Source: Eledone cirrhosa (taxonomy: Eukaryota). From it: 64,000 bases of DNA. Below the pieces are notes generated by a model. It was not told where the DNA came from and did no database searches. It was given only the letters and a program-made list of their open reading frames with translations. Shown here piece after piece: positions 25,618 through 39,451 of the stretch. Numbering within the stretch: the first letter of the stretch is position 1; every line of letters starts with the position of its first letter. The stretch lies in assembly GCA_964016885.1 (NCBI GenBank), contig OZ024740.1, positions 108,128,001-108,192,000 on the forward strand, given 5' to 3'. The translations under genes were made by a program, and so were the position numbers.

Positions 25618-27554
25618 ATTATTATTATTACAGTTGTATTTATCTTGCTTTATGTTCATACGAGTTATCACCAAGTCACAACCAGTGACCTCAAGAGACA
25701 ACAAGGTCCGCCATGTTCAAGAAAGAACATACATATACACACATGCATCTTTAGGTGTTTAGACTTATGATGTACTTATATTGACAGAATCTTCCTTAGT
25801 ATATGGGCAGTTCCCATTAGTACTATCTTTTGTATTTCTCCTATACGCGGGTTTCCTAGGATTTGCGATAAGTAATCATTAGACCCCTTAGGTATCATCC
25901 CTAGAGCACCTACAACCACTGGTATTGTTTTAGTTCTCAATTTCCACATTTTTCCAATTTCTATCTCCAGGTCCTTATACTTACTCAATTTTTCAAATGT
26001 TTTTATAGATACATTCTTGTCTATTGGAACGGACATATCAATTAGCAGACATACCCTCTTTTTAAAGTCCTTCAGTATTATATCAGGTCTATTTGCATCT
26101 ATTTTTCAGTCTGTTTGGATGCTAAAGTTCCACAAGATTGAGATGTGATCTTTTTCAAGTATGCGAGGTGGTTGATGCTCCCACCAATTCTTTTGACGGG
26201 GCAGGTCAAAATGCTTACACATTATCCAAAGTATGTATTGTGCAGCTCTGTCATGCCTGTTTAGGTATTTGGTTGGAGCTATAGGACTCACATTGAAATT
26301 ATATAATCAATGGTCTCTGATTGTTTTTTACATACACGGCATAATGGGTTGCATCCATTTTTTATTATGTCGGCAGACACTGATCTTGTGCTGATATAAT
26401 CAGTCCTTCAGCCTCCGATTTCAGTCCAGAGGATGCCAACCACTGATGGGTTAAAGTTTTGTCAACATCAGGATTGTTAGCTCTTTCTGGGTATTTTCCA
26501 TACAGAGGCTTTTCTTTCCATTTCTTACCCAGTTTCTGTAGCAGTGTTTTTTTGCAGTTACTTTTACCTACTTTGCTTTTTCTGTGTTTTTAATTTCAGC
26601 AGTAAATGGAACTTCTGAAATTTGTAGTCCATTACTGTATCTTTGTGCATCTTTTGTAATGGAGTATGATCTTTTGATGCTTTCGTGTTTCAAAACGAGT
26701 TTGATCATCCAATCATGTGATTCCCTTAGATATGCAAATAATCCAATTGTTGCAGTTTTCAATGCAATATCTAACTGGATTAACCCACGTCCTCCTTCTT
26801 TCCTAGGGTGATGCATTCTGTGCATGGTTAAGAATTTTCTAATTTTTGTATCGAGCCTACGGATCTCTGTGCTTGACCAGTTTATGACATTGTAACTGTA
26901 GGTTACTACTGGTATGGCAAGCGTGTTTATGGCATCGATCCTATTCCTTGCATTCAATTCCGTTCTTAAGATTGCTCTTACTCTGCGGTAACATTCCTTC
27001 CTTATCCTTTCCCTCATTGTCGAGTGCTTGATTCTGTCTCCTTCACAAACACCTAGATATTGGTAAGTTTCCTCTTGATCAAGTTCTCTTATCACATTCC
27101 CCCGATCAAGATTAATGTCTGAACTTTTCAGCAGCTTTCCTCTGGTGAACGTTGCTTTGGTGCATTTATCTAGTCCAAACTCCATTTTAATGTCATCACT
27201 GAACTGCTTCACAGTGGATAATAGTTTCACAGTGGCAAATAGTTTCAGGTCATCCATGTAGAACAAGTGATTAATGGTTTTGTCATAGACTTTATATCCA
27301 TGTTTTGTTTCATTGAGCATTTTACTTAATGGTATAAGTGCGATGCAGAATAAAAGTGGTGATAAAGAGTCACCCTGAAAAATTCCACAATTAATATTAA
27401 CTTCTCCAGTTACCAGTGATTTTTGTTCACTATTCAAAAGGAGTGTCGTTTTCCATGTCTTCATACTGAATGACAGGAACCTCCTGACAACGGGAGATAT
27501 TTTGAAAATCTCTAAACATTTTTCAATTCAACTGTGTGGCAAACTATCGAATGC

Positions 27555-27560
<6 letters not shown>
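25618..27560 (-). mobile_element. R4/Dong-like non-LTR retrotransposon (RT plus restriction-like endonuclease), 5'-truncated pseudogene
   Basis: KKAFDS at the 5' break, GIFQGDSLSPLLF, YMDDLKLF, C-terminal CRMC...RHD, NRPDII...LIDMSVP...KLSKYKDL endonuclease motifs; (TAA)n at both ends. Confidence 0.9.
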
Positions 27561-27596
<36 letters not shown>

Positions 27597-27809
27597 GGTG
27601 ACCTACGTAGGAAATCGTATCATCGTGAGCTCCGCAAAGGTTTGTTATTTTCACTTGTTCAAAATTGTCATTCATGGAAAATGTTATTGTTAACTGTATA
27701 TAAGTGCACATACATTGTTATCTGAAAAGGACACCCAAAAAGATTGGGGCCTTGAGCCCAAAATTTAAACTTTTATAATTATCAAACAAAAATCTTTCTT
27801 TGAAACATC

Positions 27810-29777
27810 ATGGCTGACTCAGAGTCACTCCTTTCTCACAAACTAACACCTCACACCGACACCACCATTGTAAATATTACTACGTTTGCCAACACTAAAA
27901 ATATAAGCAGTAGCAATATTTTAAATTTGTCTCAGGCAGACATTCATTTCCCGCCATTACCAATGACTGCAGGTGTTAAAGCCACCACCACCACCGCGAC
28001 AACCCCCACCCCCACCTCCACCGCGACAACCATCACCCCACCACCACCGCGACAACAGAAACAAAAGAAAAAAATAAATTAACTCGTGATATCGAAATGA
28101 ATTCAACCAAAATGAACTCTTCCACACCGAACACCACTGACGCCACTACCACCACAACTGAAACTAAAATTAATAATAACAAAAATAACGATAACAACAA
28201 CAGCAACAATGACATTAAGAAAACCACCCTGAGTTTTGCCAGAGTAGCAAAACAGTGCGAAGCATTTCAGGTAACTCAGGAGGAATTAGAAGAAGCCAAA
28301 AAAATGGTAAAGAAAGATGGGTACAGGGTCAGCCTCACACCCCCACCTAATAAAATGGAGCATCGGCGCCTATGTACCGTGTCTTATCGAACAATTAATA
28401 TAAAATCGCGCCGAGTGGAACGGGCATCCGAGTCCCAAATCCAAAAAGCTTTGGGACATGTGTGGGCAAAAAAAACCCACATCAGACGTGGGCAGAAGTA
28501 TGGAACCGTCGACGTGTTCTTTGAAACACCACCAGGAGGCTAGAGAACACTCCATGGCCCCATTAAGAAGTGACGACTTCACACTCGTCCCAAGCTATTG
28601 TGGCCAGAGACTCGTAAAGATCAGGGTGACCCACGTTCCACCGGCCATCGAAATTCCCTGGCTAATAGCGGCCGTCCTCGCCGGCATCGAAGCCAACACA
28701 AAGATAATAGCAATAGCAAAAGAAAAGCAGGAGAACTGGTCCGGATCTGGGATGGAGCTCCTGATCCAAGCGGACCAAAAAAGCATTGAGGAGATCCCAG
28801 AGGTAATAGACCTCACTGACGGCAGCCACCTCACTGTAATTGTCGAGGGCAGAAGGCCTAGGTGTGTCGTTTGTGGTGAAGGAACCCACCTAAGGGCTTT
28901 CTGCCCTCAGGCTAAAAGGTTGAGGCCACCTCTCCTACCCACCCCAGTGACTCAACCATCAACACCACCAGTAGCAGAGATGGCAGCAACAACTGTAGCA
29001 GCAACAACAGAAGCAACTATAACAGCAACAACTCCAGCAACAGTAGCAAAACCAACACCACCACCACCCAACGCGCCAGAACTAGCACCAGCGCTTACAC
29101 CATCTACCACGCCACAACCAAAACTAACGCCTGTGGAGGATTTTCCACTCCCCGGCCTATCACAACTGGAGACAGAATGTGACGACGAGGAGTGGGAAAC
29201 GGTATCAGGAAAAAAAAAAAGAAACCAAAAAAGAAAAAATTCTCTTCCTTCCCCCTCCAAAAACAAAATACAGAGAGAAACAAATAAATTAACAAACAAA
29301 AAAGTTAGGACAGATATGCCACCATCCACATCAGCATCACCAACCCCATCACCCCAAACACCAACACCATCACCATCATTAACCCCAACGCCACCATCAC
29401 CTACACCACAAAAGTCACCAAAATGCGAAACAGAAACAAACCCACAACAAACGCAAACAAAACAAAACAACCAAAACGATACACACTACACAGCATTAAA
29501 TTTGAACAACAAGCAATTATTACACTACATCCAACACAACACCAGCATCACAGAAAAAGACTACACAACAACCCCAAAATTCACACCACCTCCACACATA
29601 CAAATCACTCGCATCACACAGAAAACGTACATGACACTAAAACAAAAATTCCCCAAAGACATCGGAGACTTCCGACAAGCACTCTCCAGGAGGATTTATA
29701 AGGACATCCTTCCTGAGGAGGCCACAAGCAGTGAAAAGGATGGAAAAACCGTCCTTCCTCTACGAGAAGTAAGGTAA
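27810..29777 (+). pseudogene. Tx1-like ORF1 (gag-like, CCHC knuckle), two frameshifts
   Basis: ORF pieces 27810-28082, 28097-28543 and 28458-29777; SFARVA motif, CVVCGEGTHLRAFC zinc knuckle, Pro/Thr-rich linker, WETVSGKKKR. Confidence 0.85.
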
Positions 29778-29811
29778 GTGGTCTTTCCCATCTTTTCCAC
29801 TCCTTTTCAAC

Positions 29812-32811
29812 ATGACCTCACTCAGAATAGGCAGCATAAATGCGCGTGGCTTGGGGTCGTCATGGAAGCAGGGCCACCTGCTCAACGACCTCAGGTCACT
29901 AAACATAGATGTAGTGGCCATCAACGAGACCAGAATCTCCGAAGCACGGGCCTTCGCACCGATCTTCGGCGGCTACGATGTGTACGCATCTCCCAGCCGT
30001 CCGGGATCGGGGGGAGGAGTTGCTGTGCTTTTTCGGAGAGGTTTGGATCTTGCCATACGGGCCATCTTCCTGGACCCAGAAGGTAAGTTGGTGGTGCTGG
30101 ACGTGACCAGCGGAGACGGGCAAGCTTTCAGGTTAGTGGCCGTCTATGCCCCGACAGGAGCAGGGCGGCCTGATTTCTTCCGGCGTCTGGAGACCTTTCT
30201 TGGAACGTCCCACTCTTTAGTGTTAGTGGGCGACTGGAACGGGATCTTAGATGCACGCTGGGATTGTGTGGGATTAGTGGATAGGGGAGGAGGGTGCAAG
30301 AGTCTCACCAACCTGCTCAGGCGTTTTGAACTGTCTGACAGGTACCGATTGAATTTCCCGAATGTACCAATGTGGACTTGGACAAATCGCATAAGGTCAT
30401 CCAGATCATATCTAGATAGAGTATTTTGTAGGGAAATAGATAGGTCTAGCATAGGCTGTCCACAATTCAAGATAGTCAGCTACACGGACCACAAATTCGT
30501 GATCTGTGTGCTTGACTTAGATAGGCATCATAGACGAGGACCCGGCTACTGGAAGTTAAACGCGTCCTTACCAGCGCGCAAGGCCTACAGAGACCGGATT
30601 AGCGAACTAGTTAAGCGTGCGTTGACGGGGGCCATCGTCAACAACAAGTGGTGGTTTGCTCTGAAAAGAGCAATTAGAATAGAGTCCATTAGGTTTAGTA
30701 AGGCTTTAGCAATAGAGAAAAATAGAGCAGAGGGAGAATTAGTTAGAAAATTAGACGAGGTGCTTTGCAAAGGCATCGCGACCGACGTACTTGCGGCGAA
30801 ATTGGCCCTTGACAAATTCTTCAATGCAAAGCACGAAGGCTGCGTTGTCAGAGCTAGGGTGCGTGCTCTCAGACACGAGGGGACGAAAGCCGTTCAATGG
30901 GCCCGAGTGGCGGAGGCGCGTCGTGGCAACAAAGCCACGATCCAGTCTTTGGTGGACCACGACGGGCGCATGCTACTCGATCCCGTGCAAATGTGTGAAG
31001 CTTTTCAGCGACACTTCGCTCAACTGTTCGAGGGCAGTGGCGGGCCGGATCGAGGGATGTACTTTAGTGTTTACCTCGACGGACTCCCGCGGCTCTCGGC
31101 CACTGGGGCGGAGTGTTGCGAAAAGCCGATAACAGCCGCTGAAGTACGGGAGGTAATGACTGGCTGCACGATGGTCGACCATCGTTACCTAGCGGCAGTC
31201 CTGAGGGCGGCTGGCTTTGGGCCCGTCTTCAGAGGCTGGATCGCTGCCATGCACAGCGACATCTGCTCTGTGGTGGGAGTGAACGGTCACCTTTCGGAAC
31301 CGTTCAACAACATGCGCTCGGTCCGCCAAGGATGTCCCCTCTCGTCCCTCTTGTACGTATTGACTCTCGAGCCATTACTGCACAAACTGGAGACGTTGAG
31401 GGGAGTCCCGCGCGAACTAGGATGCGGAAGATCCGTGTCAGCATATGCGGACGATGTCACCGTAGTGGTGTCGAACGCCAAACACATCGAGGCGACCGGC
31501 ACTACACTAAGAGAATACGAAGCGGTGACAGGAGCAATGATCAACCAGGAAAAGTCAGTGGGCCTGCAGCTCAGCACCTAGAGAGGCAGGTCCATGCCGT
31601 CCAACAGCGTCGTCGGGCGCTGGACGGACGGACCGGTTAAATTGCTAGGGGTCTGGTTCGGTCCGGACCTCCAGACGGACAAAAACTGGGACGAGGTGAC
31701 GAGCAGGGTGGCTTCTCTCACCCAGAAATGGGCCGAGAGGAAGCTATCCCTGAAAGGTCGAGCGGAGGTGGCTAACGCATACATCGCGTCCGTCATCTAC
31801 TACCGCCTGACCGTCGTACCTTGTCCTAAACCCCGCTTAACTGCGCTGGAGCGTTTGCTCTTTCGCTTTTTGTGGAAGGGACGCGCTCCGATGGTCAGGC
31901 GGTCCATCTGCTGTCAACACCCGCTACGTGGAGGGCTGGGCATGCCATGGCTGATGATGCGCAGACACGCGCTCAGGCTACGACATCTCCACCTCTTCCT
32001 CGACGGTGATCAGGTGTGGTCGCCGTTTGCTAGACACGTCTTTCCCCAGCTCGTCTCCTTGACGGAGCTGCAGTCCTGGGTCAAGCGAAGACCGAGAGGG
32101 AGCGCTTGGAGACTGGAATGTCTTCAGGCGCTCACAGCCCTCGACCAATCGGGCAATGTGATCAGTGGAAACTCCACCTTGGCATTCTATAGAGGATTAG
32201 TGGAGGGGAAGAGCGACGACGTACTTGAAGAAACTCTAGGCGTCGACGAAAATCAACTAGCCAATCTCTTCGGAAGGACTTTCGGGCCGGGGCCTATGGA
32301 CAACTTCCAGAAATCCCTGGCCTGGCAGTGCTACCGGGGAGCTTTGCCAGTTCGGGATAAACTCTACAGGCATGGAGGTGCCGTCAGCCGGGCATGTCCG
32401 AGATGCGCGCAGGGCGACGAAACCGTCCTGCACGCACTCGTCCAGTGTCCGAGCATTGCTGACTTGTGGGTTTATGTCGAACACCTGCTGTCACGTGTAG
32501 GACGGATCCAGCTATCAGCTGAGTCCATCGTGAGGATTGCCCAGCCCTCTTCCTTTAGCCGGGAAGGGCAGGCAGTTTTTATCTGTCTGGTGGCCATGGC
32601 GAAAGAGATAGTATGGTGGACACGTTTGAAAGGGCTGAAGACGAGCACTTACCTCTTCGGTGATGCCCTGATTAACTTTTTCAAATTTCATTTGAAAAGG
32701 AAAATCAGGGTAGAGAGGGAAGTGCTCTCTTCCCAGCATTTTGTTGAAAGATGGGTGAGAGAAGCAAGTATGGCCCGAGTGAATGGGCCTACTCTGAGTA
32801 TGTGTCTGTAA
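29812..32811 (+). pseudogene. Tx1-like ORF2 (APE endonuclease, RT, zf-RVT)
   Basis: SINARGL, VYAP, GDWN, SYLDR, TDH endonuclease motifs; RQGCPLS, YADDV; CPRC...HALVQC. TAG at 31579; the early RT motifs (KSPG through KAFD) are missing near 31168. Confidence 0.92.
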
Positions 32812-33269
32812 ATTAAAGGTGGAAAACTGGGAGAGGGCACTTGCCCTGGTGGTCAGGGTCACTGTGGTCTTTTAATGGGCTTTCTCTACAAATGTCCCTC
32901 GGAAGTCTCCCCCCTATTGGGGAATTTTTCTTTGTTATTTTATTACATCCTCTGTTTTTTTTACACGCAGAAATGCCCATTTGTACTGTCCTTAATGTCT
33001 ACTTTATGTAAACCCTTGTGGTTAATAAAGAAAACATTATTATTATTATCATTATTATTATTATTATTATTTTCATTTATTTTGGAATCCTTTTGGAATC
33101 AATAACTTCAGCAGATGTTGGGAAATATTCTCAGATTCTTGATGAAATACCAATTTCATTCATCATTTTGTAAAATCCAGCAAGTATCATTTGCAAATCT
33201 TTGAAGTGAAAGAAACTATCACATGTTCATCAGTTGTACTTTGGGTCTTGTCATTAAAAATGTGTCTAA

Positions 33270-33485
33270 ACATCAAATTAAAAATGTGTCTATACACCAA
33301 ATTAAAAGGTGTCAATACACCAAATTAAAATATATTTATACACCAAATTAAAAGGTATATATTTACCAAATTAAAAATATGTCTATACACCAAATTAAAA
33401 GATGTATTACACCAAATTAAAAGGTATATATACATTAAATTAAAAGGTATATATATATATATACATCAAACTAAAAGGTGTATAT
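33270..33485. repeat. ~22-bp minisatellite, about 9 units
   Basis: ACACCAAATTAAAAGGTGTCTAT-like units. Confidence 0.85.
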
Positions 33486-33997
33486 CTATCTATATAATAC
33501 TAAAAGTCTGTGATTGCTTGCTTGCTTGTCTGTAATGTAATACAGCCAAAAGGGCACATAATGGGAATAAAAATGGAATAAAAAAAGTTTTGCATAAATC
33601 AGAGCACGAGTTCATTTTTAAGTGAACATGATTTTTAAAAATATTTTTAAGTGAACGTGACCCAATAGGTCACGGGTGGTCTAGAACATTATAAATATCC
33701 ATTAAAGGTGCACATGATGGATGGTAGAAAGTGTAATGGTAGAAAGGTTTTTTTAATATAAATCTCTACATTTTAGGTTATTCAATAATTTTGTTGATTA
33801 CTGGAGGGGTACCAATATGAGCATTCTATGCTATAGCAGAGTGAATATATAAAGTCTGACATGATGAATAGATTGATATTGTAGGAGCCAGGTCTATCAC
33901 ATTGATATAGACCTTGAGGCAATCATCTGTTAAATATATGTAACGGTCATTATTCAATAGAAACATTTTAAAGTGAAACTTCATCATATCAAACTTA

Positions 33998-34029
<32 letters not shown>

Positions 34030-34227
34030 GTAAATTGGTTGTGTAGGTGTCATGACAAAAAGCGCTCAGTACTCACTGTAAATGAGTTTGACACTAGGAA
34101 GGGCATCCAACTGTACATATCGATTCTGTATGAGCAAGACGTGGTCACCTGACTTGGCATTGCTCACAACAGGATAACTCGTCTAAACCATGCCAACATG
34201 GAAAAATAGACGTTATACAGTGATGAT

Positions 34228-34910
34228 ATCATCATCATCATCATTACCATTTTATGTCCACTTTTCTATGTTTGCATGGGTTGGATATGTTCTTTCCAGC
34301 ACCATATCTCTCCAATCATTATGTTCCTTCATCTCTTCTGTGATATTCAGTGATTTGAAATCAGCTCTGACAACTACCCAGGTCTTCTTTGGTTTTCCTC
34401 TACTGTAGTGCCCTTCCACTGGGACTTCTTGGCACTTCACCCAACGATAATCATCCATGCACATCACATGGCTATACCAGTGCAGCAGTCACTACCCATG
34501 TTTGACTACCATCCACCATTGCAACATCACACTTCTTACACAGGCATCATACAACTGACCTTTCTTTCATAAAGAGAAACCTTTTACTGTCAACAGAGGT
34601 AGCAGCTCTCTGAACTTTTTCCATCTTGTTCTTATTCTAGCTATTATGCTCTCAGTGCAGTCTTCCAGTCTTCTCCCCTGTTAATTTTAATCACCTAGGT
34701 AGCAGAAGCTGCCAACCACTTCTATGGAGCCTGCCTTGGATTGAAAAATGTTTATTTTACTTGTGTTCTTACTAATAACTATCCCTGTGTATCTGCCACA
34801 TACAAAGTTTACCTTTTCTTTTAGTTCTGTCTACTGTACCACTTCACTTCTTGTGTAGCAGGATTTGCATTATGTACATCGTATAGAGTTACTCCCTACT
34901 ACTTTTCTAT
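34228..34910 (-). mobile_element. Decayed RTE LINE 3' fragment, tail-to-tail with a SINE/RTE tail at 34045-34228
   Basis: RT C-terminal remnants (RGKPKKTW) and a (GAT)n tail. Confidence 0.8.
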
Positions 34911-35310
34911 AGATTTTAGAGTAGAATATGAATTTCTGACAACGTGTCTACAATCTTAACTCTTTTGATGCCAAACCACCTAAAACCATCCCTGGTTCCA
35001 TGATACAGAACTATTTGTTTTTCCATGCTAGCGTAGAAAATGGACGTTAAACGATGATGATGATAATGGTAATGATGATGTTTATATTTATCTGAAAACC
35101 TCCAATTATAATATTTAAGAAAGAACCTTTAAGTTATGTTCCAAACAAGTATAATAACTAGAAAGTTATATTAAATCCATCCAAATCCATGATTATTTTC
35201 AAAATTCATTGAAAATCATAGGCATTAGATATATGTTAGAAAATATTATAGGAATATATATAAATTAGATTTAACATTTTACTAAAAAGCCTAAAACAGC
35301 CCTGATTTAA

Positions 35311-35395
35311 CCCTTTAGCATTTAAACCAGCCATATCCGGCCAGAATTCTCTCACCTCTTTCTGTTCAAACTGGCCATAACCGATAATGAAAAGG
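35311..35395. mobile_element. Short piggyBac-like MITE, second family
   Basis: TTAA-CCCTTTAGCATT ... AATGAAAAGG-TTAA. Confidence 0.65.
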
Positions 35396-35635
35396 TTAAA
35401 AAAGGTCAAACTTCACTTATTTTAAAATGTTCATGTAGAGTTTCATTTCATGGTATATTTCATGGCAGGGAATGGTTGCTTCAAGAAAGGACATCCAAGT
35501 GTAGAATCTAAATATAGAATATCCTGCTCTCAAGAACTTTATGTCAACATTATTTAAATTTTCAATAAATTTTTTACTGGAATAGAAAACAGAGGGGAAG
35601 TGGAAAAGAGGGAAATGAAATGACAAAGATGTAGT

Positions 35636-35671
<36 letters not shown>

Positions 35672-35772
35672 CGATGATGACAGTGATGATGACAAAGATC
35701 ATGATGACGGTGATGATGATGATGATGGTGATGATGATAACAATGATGACAACGATGTTGCTGGTGGTGATG
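35636..35772. repeat. (GAT)n imperfect microsatellite
   Basis: About 45 triplets. Confidence 0.9.
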
Positions 35773-37961
35773 TCAGCAGCATCAGCGGCAGTGGATAGTT
35801 CTGGTAGTGGTGGTGGATTTGGTCGTGGTGAGAGTGAATAATCAACTACCAAAATTATGATACTTAAAAGATTCAAGTTGACTACATCAAGTAATGACAT
35901 TACTTATTTGCATTTTCCATTTTAAAAAAAATAAAAAACATGGTCAATAATTGGGTTTATGTATATTTTCATGCGACACTCAGTAACAGATATGAATACT
36001 TTGATGAAGTCAGACATCTTACTATTATATTGTTAGTTTCTGTATATTTTTATATGCTCAAGGTATAATGTTAGTGTACATGAATGACAGAATACTTGTG
36101 TGCTGTGAGAAAAGATTACTATAAGAGGGATCAAATGTAGTGCATAAGAGAGATGAATACACAGCAGTATGGCTGTGTGGTTTAGAAGTTCGCTTCTAAA
36201 GCACACAGTCTAGGGTCTAGGGTGATGATGATGACATATCAAATGTAGTGCACAAAAGAGATGAATACACAGGTACTGACATGTGATGCTTAAGGAAAGC
36301 AGGAGTTGTATTTAAAAAATGCCAAATGCTTCAAGTAGATGGAATCTGAGGAAGAAAGAGTCTAAGGAGTATATGAGATGAAGTTGTAAAGAATGAGCTC
36401 AAGAAACTGAACCTCACAAAGGTGACGACACATGATTGGTTTGACTGACAAGTCACTGTGCTAGGAATGACCTGTCCACCAGTACAGTCACTGTAACACT
36501 AAAAAATAAATGTGGTGATAGATTAGAGAGTACATGAAGTGGAGTGGTCCTTTTAGCTTGCAGGGAACAAGACAACCTCTCTAGTGTTGGTGTCACATTC
36601 AGTACCCCCTGTAAAGTTGTTGACAAATGAACCAAAGCAACATAGAATAGAGAAGACTCTTTGGTCATGTTGAGGGCTTGACAACATCTCTAGTGTTGGT
36701 GCCATATTAAAATGCACCCATTACAATCTATAAAGTGGTTGACAATCAAATGGAGACAATATAGGGGAGAGAGGCTTCTTTTGTTTTGTTGAGTACATGA
36801 TAACCTCTCTAGTACTGGTACCATGATAAAATGCACCCAGTCCACTCTGTAAAGTGGTTGGCATTAGGGAGGGTATTCAGCCATAGAAACCATGCCAAAA
36901 TCTGAAACATATGAGCAAGCCATGATTCTCTGACCTACCTTGTCTGAAAGCATGTTGACTGATCCAGCCCAAGCTAGCATAGAAAACAGATGTAAAATGA
37001 TGATGATGGTACTGATGATGATAGTAACAGATACAAATACATCGATGACGTCAGACTTTTTACAATTATGTTGTTCTCATAGATACAGTGATGGCATAAC
37101 TTGGCTCAATTACATGATCACTAATAATGAGATTTATTGAAAAGCAAAAAAAAAGTTTTATGAAGCTACGATAATACAATGCATTAATGATTTCATTACT
37201 GTATTTCTAATGAAAGACACTATCTATTATTTTCAAATAATTTTGAAAATAATTAAGCATTTGTATTGATTTAGTCATATAAATAAGATTTTCATTATTA
37301 ATTTGGTTTTTAAAATTATGTAAAGTTTTTAGATAAATAAAAACACTTTAAAATAAGCAGCATTGTATCAAAGAATCTGGGGGTGGTTTCAGGTGGTTTG
37401 GTATCAAAAATGTTAATTGTTGCTTTAATGGAATCACTAAAAACCAACCAAGGGTGTGTATTTCATTAGTGAAATATATTGATTTCATCTTATATAGCAA
37501 GGTTCCTCGAGCAGTGGATGTAGTGATGATATGGTAAACCCTTCTTTTACCAATAAGTCAAAAGAGAAGTGCAGTGCCCATGGTCCTTTTTAGGTGCTCC
37601 AGTCTAGTAGAAGGTATTCTGAAATTATAGACATGGCACAAATGTTTGCAAACAATTAACAAATTTTGTGTATATATCCTTTGTTTCTATATGGAAAAAT
37701 CCCATTAAAAAAAATGTAAGAATGACATCACCACCACCACCACCACCACCACCACCACTAAATTTCATATTTTTGTTGTTATTTAACACTTAATCTTGCA
37801 ATGGTTTCACAGAAAATATCTAAAGACTTTGATAATTTAAATGTTTAAGTTATTTTTCTTACAGACAGATTGTTGGGAAAATTTGTTGTATCAGAGTAAA
37901 GACTTTAATTTATAATGTTATGCAGTCATAGTACTGTTTTATACTTTTCAGGACATGCAGA

Positions 37962-38310
37962 GGCTGGATATGCAATGTTACTATGTGAGAACAACAAAGT
38001 ATGGATGAACTGAAGGAGAAACTGGGTATAAGAATAATCAGAAGTAGTGTGCAGGAGAGGAGACTGAGTTGGTATGGACATGTGATGCATATGGATGATG
38101 ATTTCAAGGTGGAGAAATGCCAAATGATCTCAGTGGAAGGAAGCCACAGTAGAGGAAAACAAAAGAAAACCTGGATGGAAGTGGTGAGAACTGACCTCAG
38201 ATCTTTAAAGCTCATGGAGATGACAAAGGAACATGACAAGTGGAGGGATGTTGTACTGAGAAGGACCCATCCAATCATAGAACAACGGACATAAAATGAT
38301 GATGATGATG
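37962..38310 (+). mobile_element. RTE LINE 3' fragment
   Basis: VQERRLSWYGHVMHM...RGKQKKTW and a (GAT)n tail. Confidence 0.85.
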
Positions 38311-39451
38311 ATATATATATAGTATAGGTGATTCACTGAATTATTGGTGGTGGTATTAATATGAGTACTTGATACACAGGTAGAGTGTATAAAGAAAAAA
38401 CAATGAACTTTTGAATACATGTCTTTATACATCATCTTTGAAACGTATATAATAAGATCGATGATCAATTAAAAAAATGTAAAAAAAAAAAAACTTCATT
38501 GTTTTTTCGTTATATATATTCATTAGTGTTTAATAGTGAGATCTAATACTGGTAGAATGGAGAGAAGTAGGTATTCTGCTGAAACTAGAGTCTTGGTCTA
38601 AATGTTTGCAACAAAATGGATTCCACTAAAGGCACCTAAGAGCCAGGTAGTGGTGTTATGCTAGGTGTTTGATTATGTCTACCACTCAAATATGTAGAGC
38701 AGGATGAACCCGAGGGAATTTGAACTCAAAGCACTAAGAGCCAGAACAAATACTGCAAAGTATGTAATTCAACACACCAAAGACTGCCAATTCACCACTT
38801 TCAGTTATCACATCATTCACTGTTTATTGGTATAGTAGCTGATTCTGGTCAAGAAAGGTAAGAAAGAAAAATCTAAATTTTTCATTAATTAACCCTTTTA
38901 TTACCATAGTTCTAATTAAAAAAATGTCTATGATCTTCAAATAATTTTTTTGATAATTGAAAATTTTGAAAGATTTAGTCAAATAATATTTCTCATTATG
39001 AAGCTGGTGTTTGAAACAAAACAAAGGTTGTTACATAAAATTATGATGAAAAGCTTTATGATAGATATAAACATTATTGTATCAAGACAGAGAGTAATTT
39101 GTATTAAAAGAGCTAATTAAAATTAATTAAAAATTCAATGTAGACTGTGCAGTAGGAAATTAATTCATTCTTAGCAGTAAGTTGACAACACCTGGCATGA
39201 GTCACTATTATTAAACCTCTTCATCTACAGTGCTATTAGTCAATGATGATTTGAGATATATATAGATTTTTTTTTAATGAATAAACAGTGATGAGATAAC
39301 TGGCTAATCTTTCCCCTCACCATGGGTGAAATTTTTATTTATTAAAATTTATTGCCTCACTATATAAAGTATGTTAACATCAATTTTATAATGTTTTTTT
39401 TTATGCAAAGCATGTATTTGGGTATTTTTTCCAAAGTTATTATATTACATA

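Larger units (their letters stand above)
27597..33035 (+). mobile_element. L1/Tx1-clade LINE, nearly full length, internally deleted
   Basis: 5'UTR, ORF1, ORF2 (APE-RT-zf), AATAAA at 33024 and short A tail; flanked by (ATT)n on both sides. Confidence 0.93.

Noticed and set aside
35574-35900. Poly-Met, poly-Ile and poly-Ser ORFs
   Set aside because: Translations of the (GAT)n microsatellite.
37520-37625. C/D snoRNA candidate (GTGATGA...CTGA)
   Set aside because: No terminal stem or recognisable guide; TGATGA is ubiquitous here because of (GAT)n tails.
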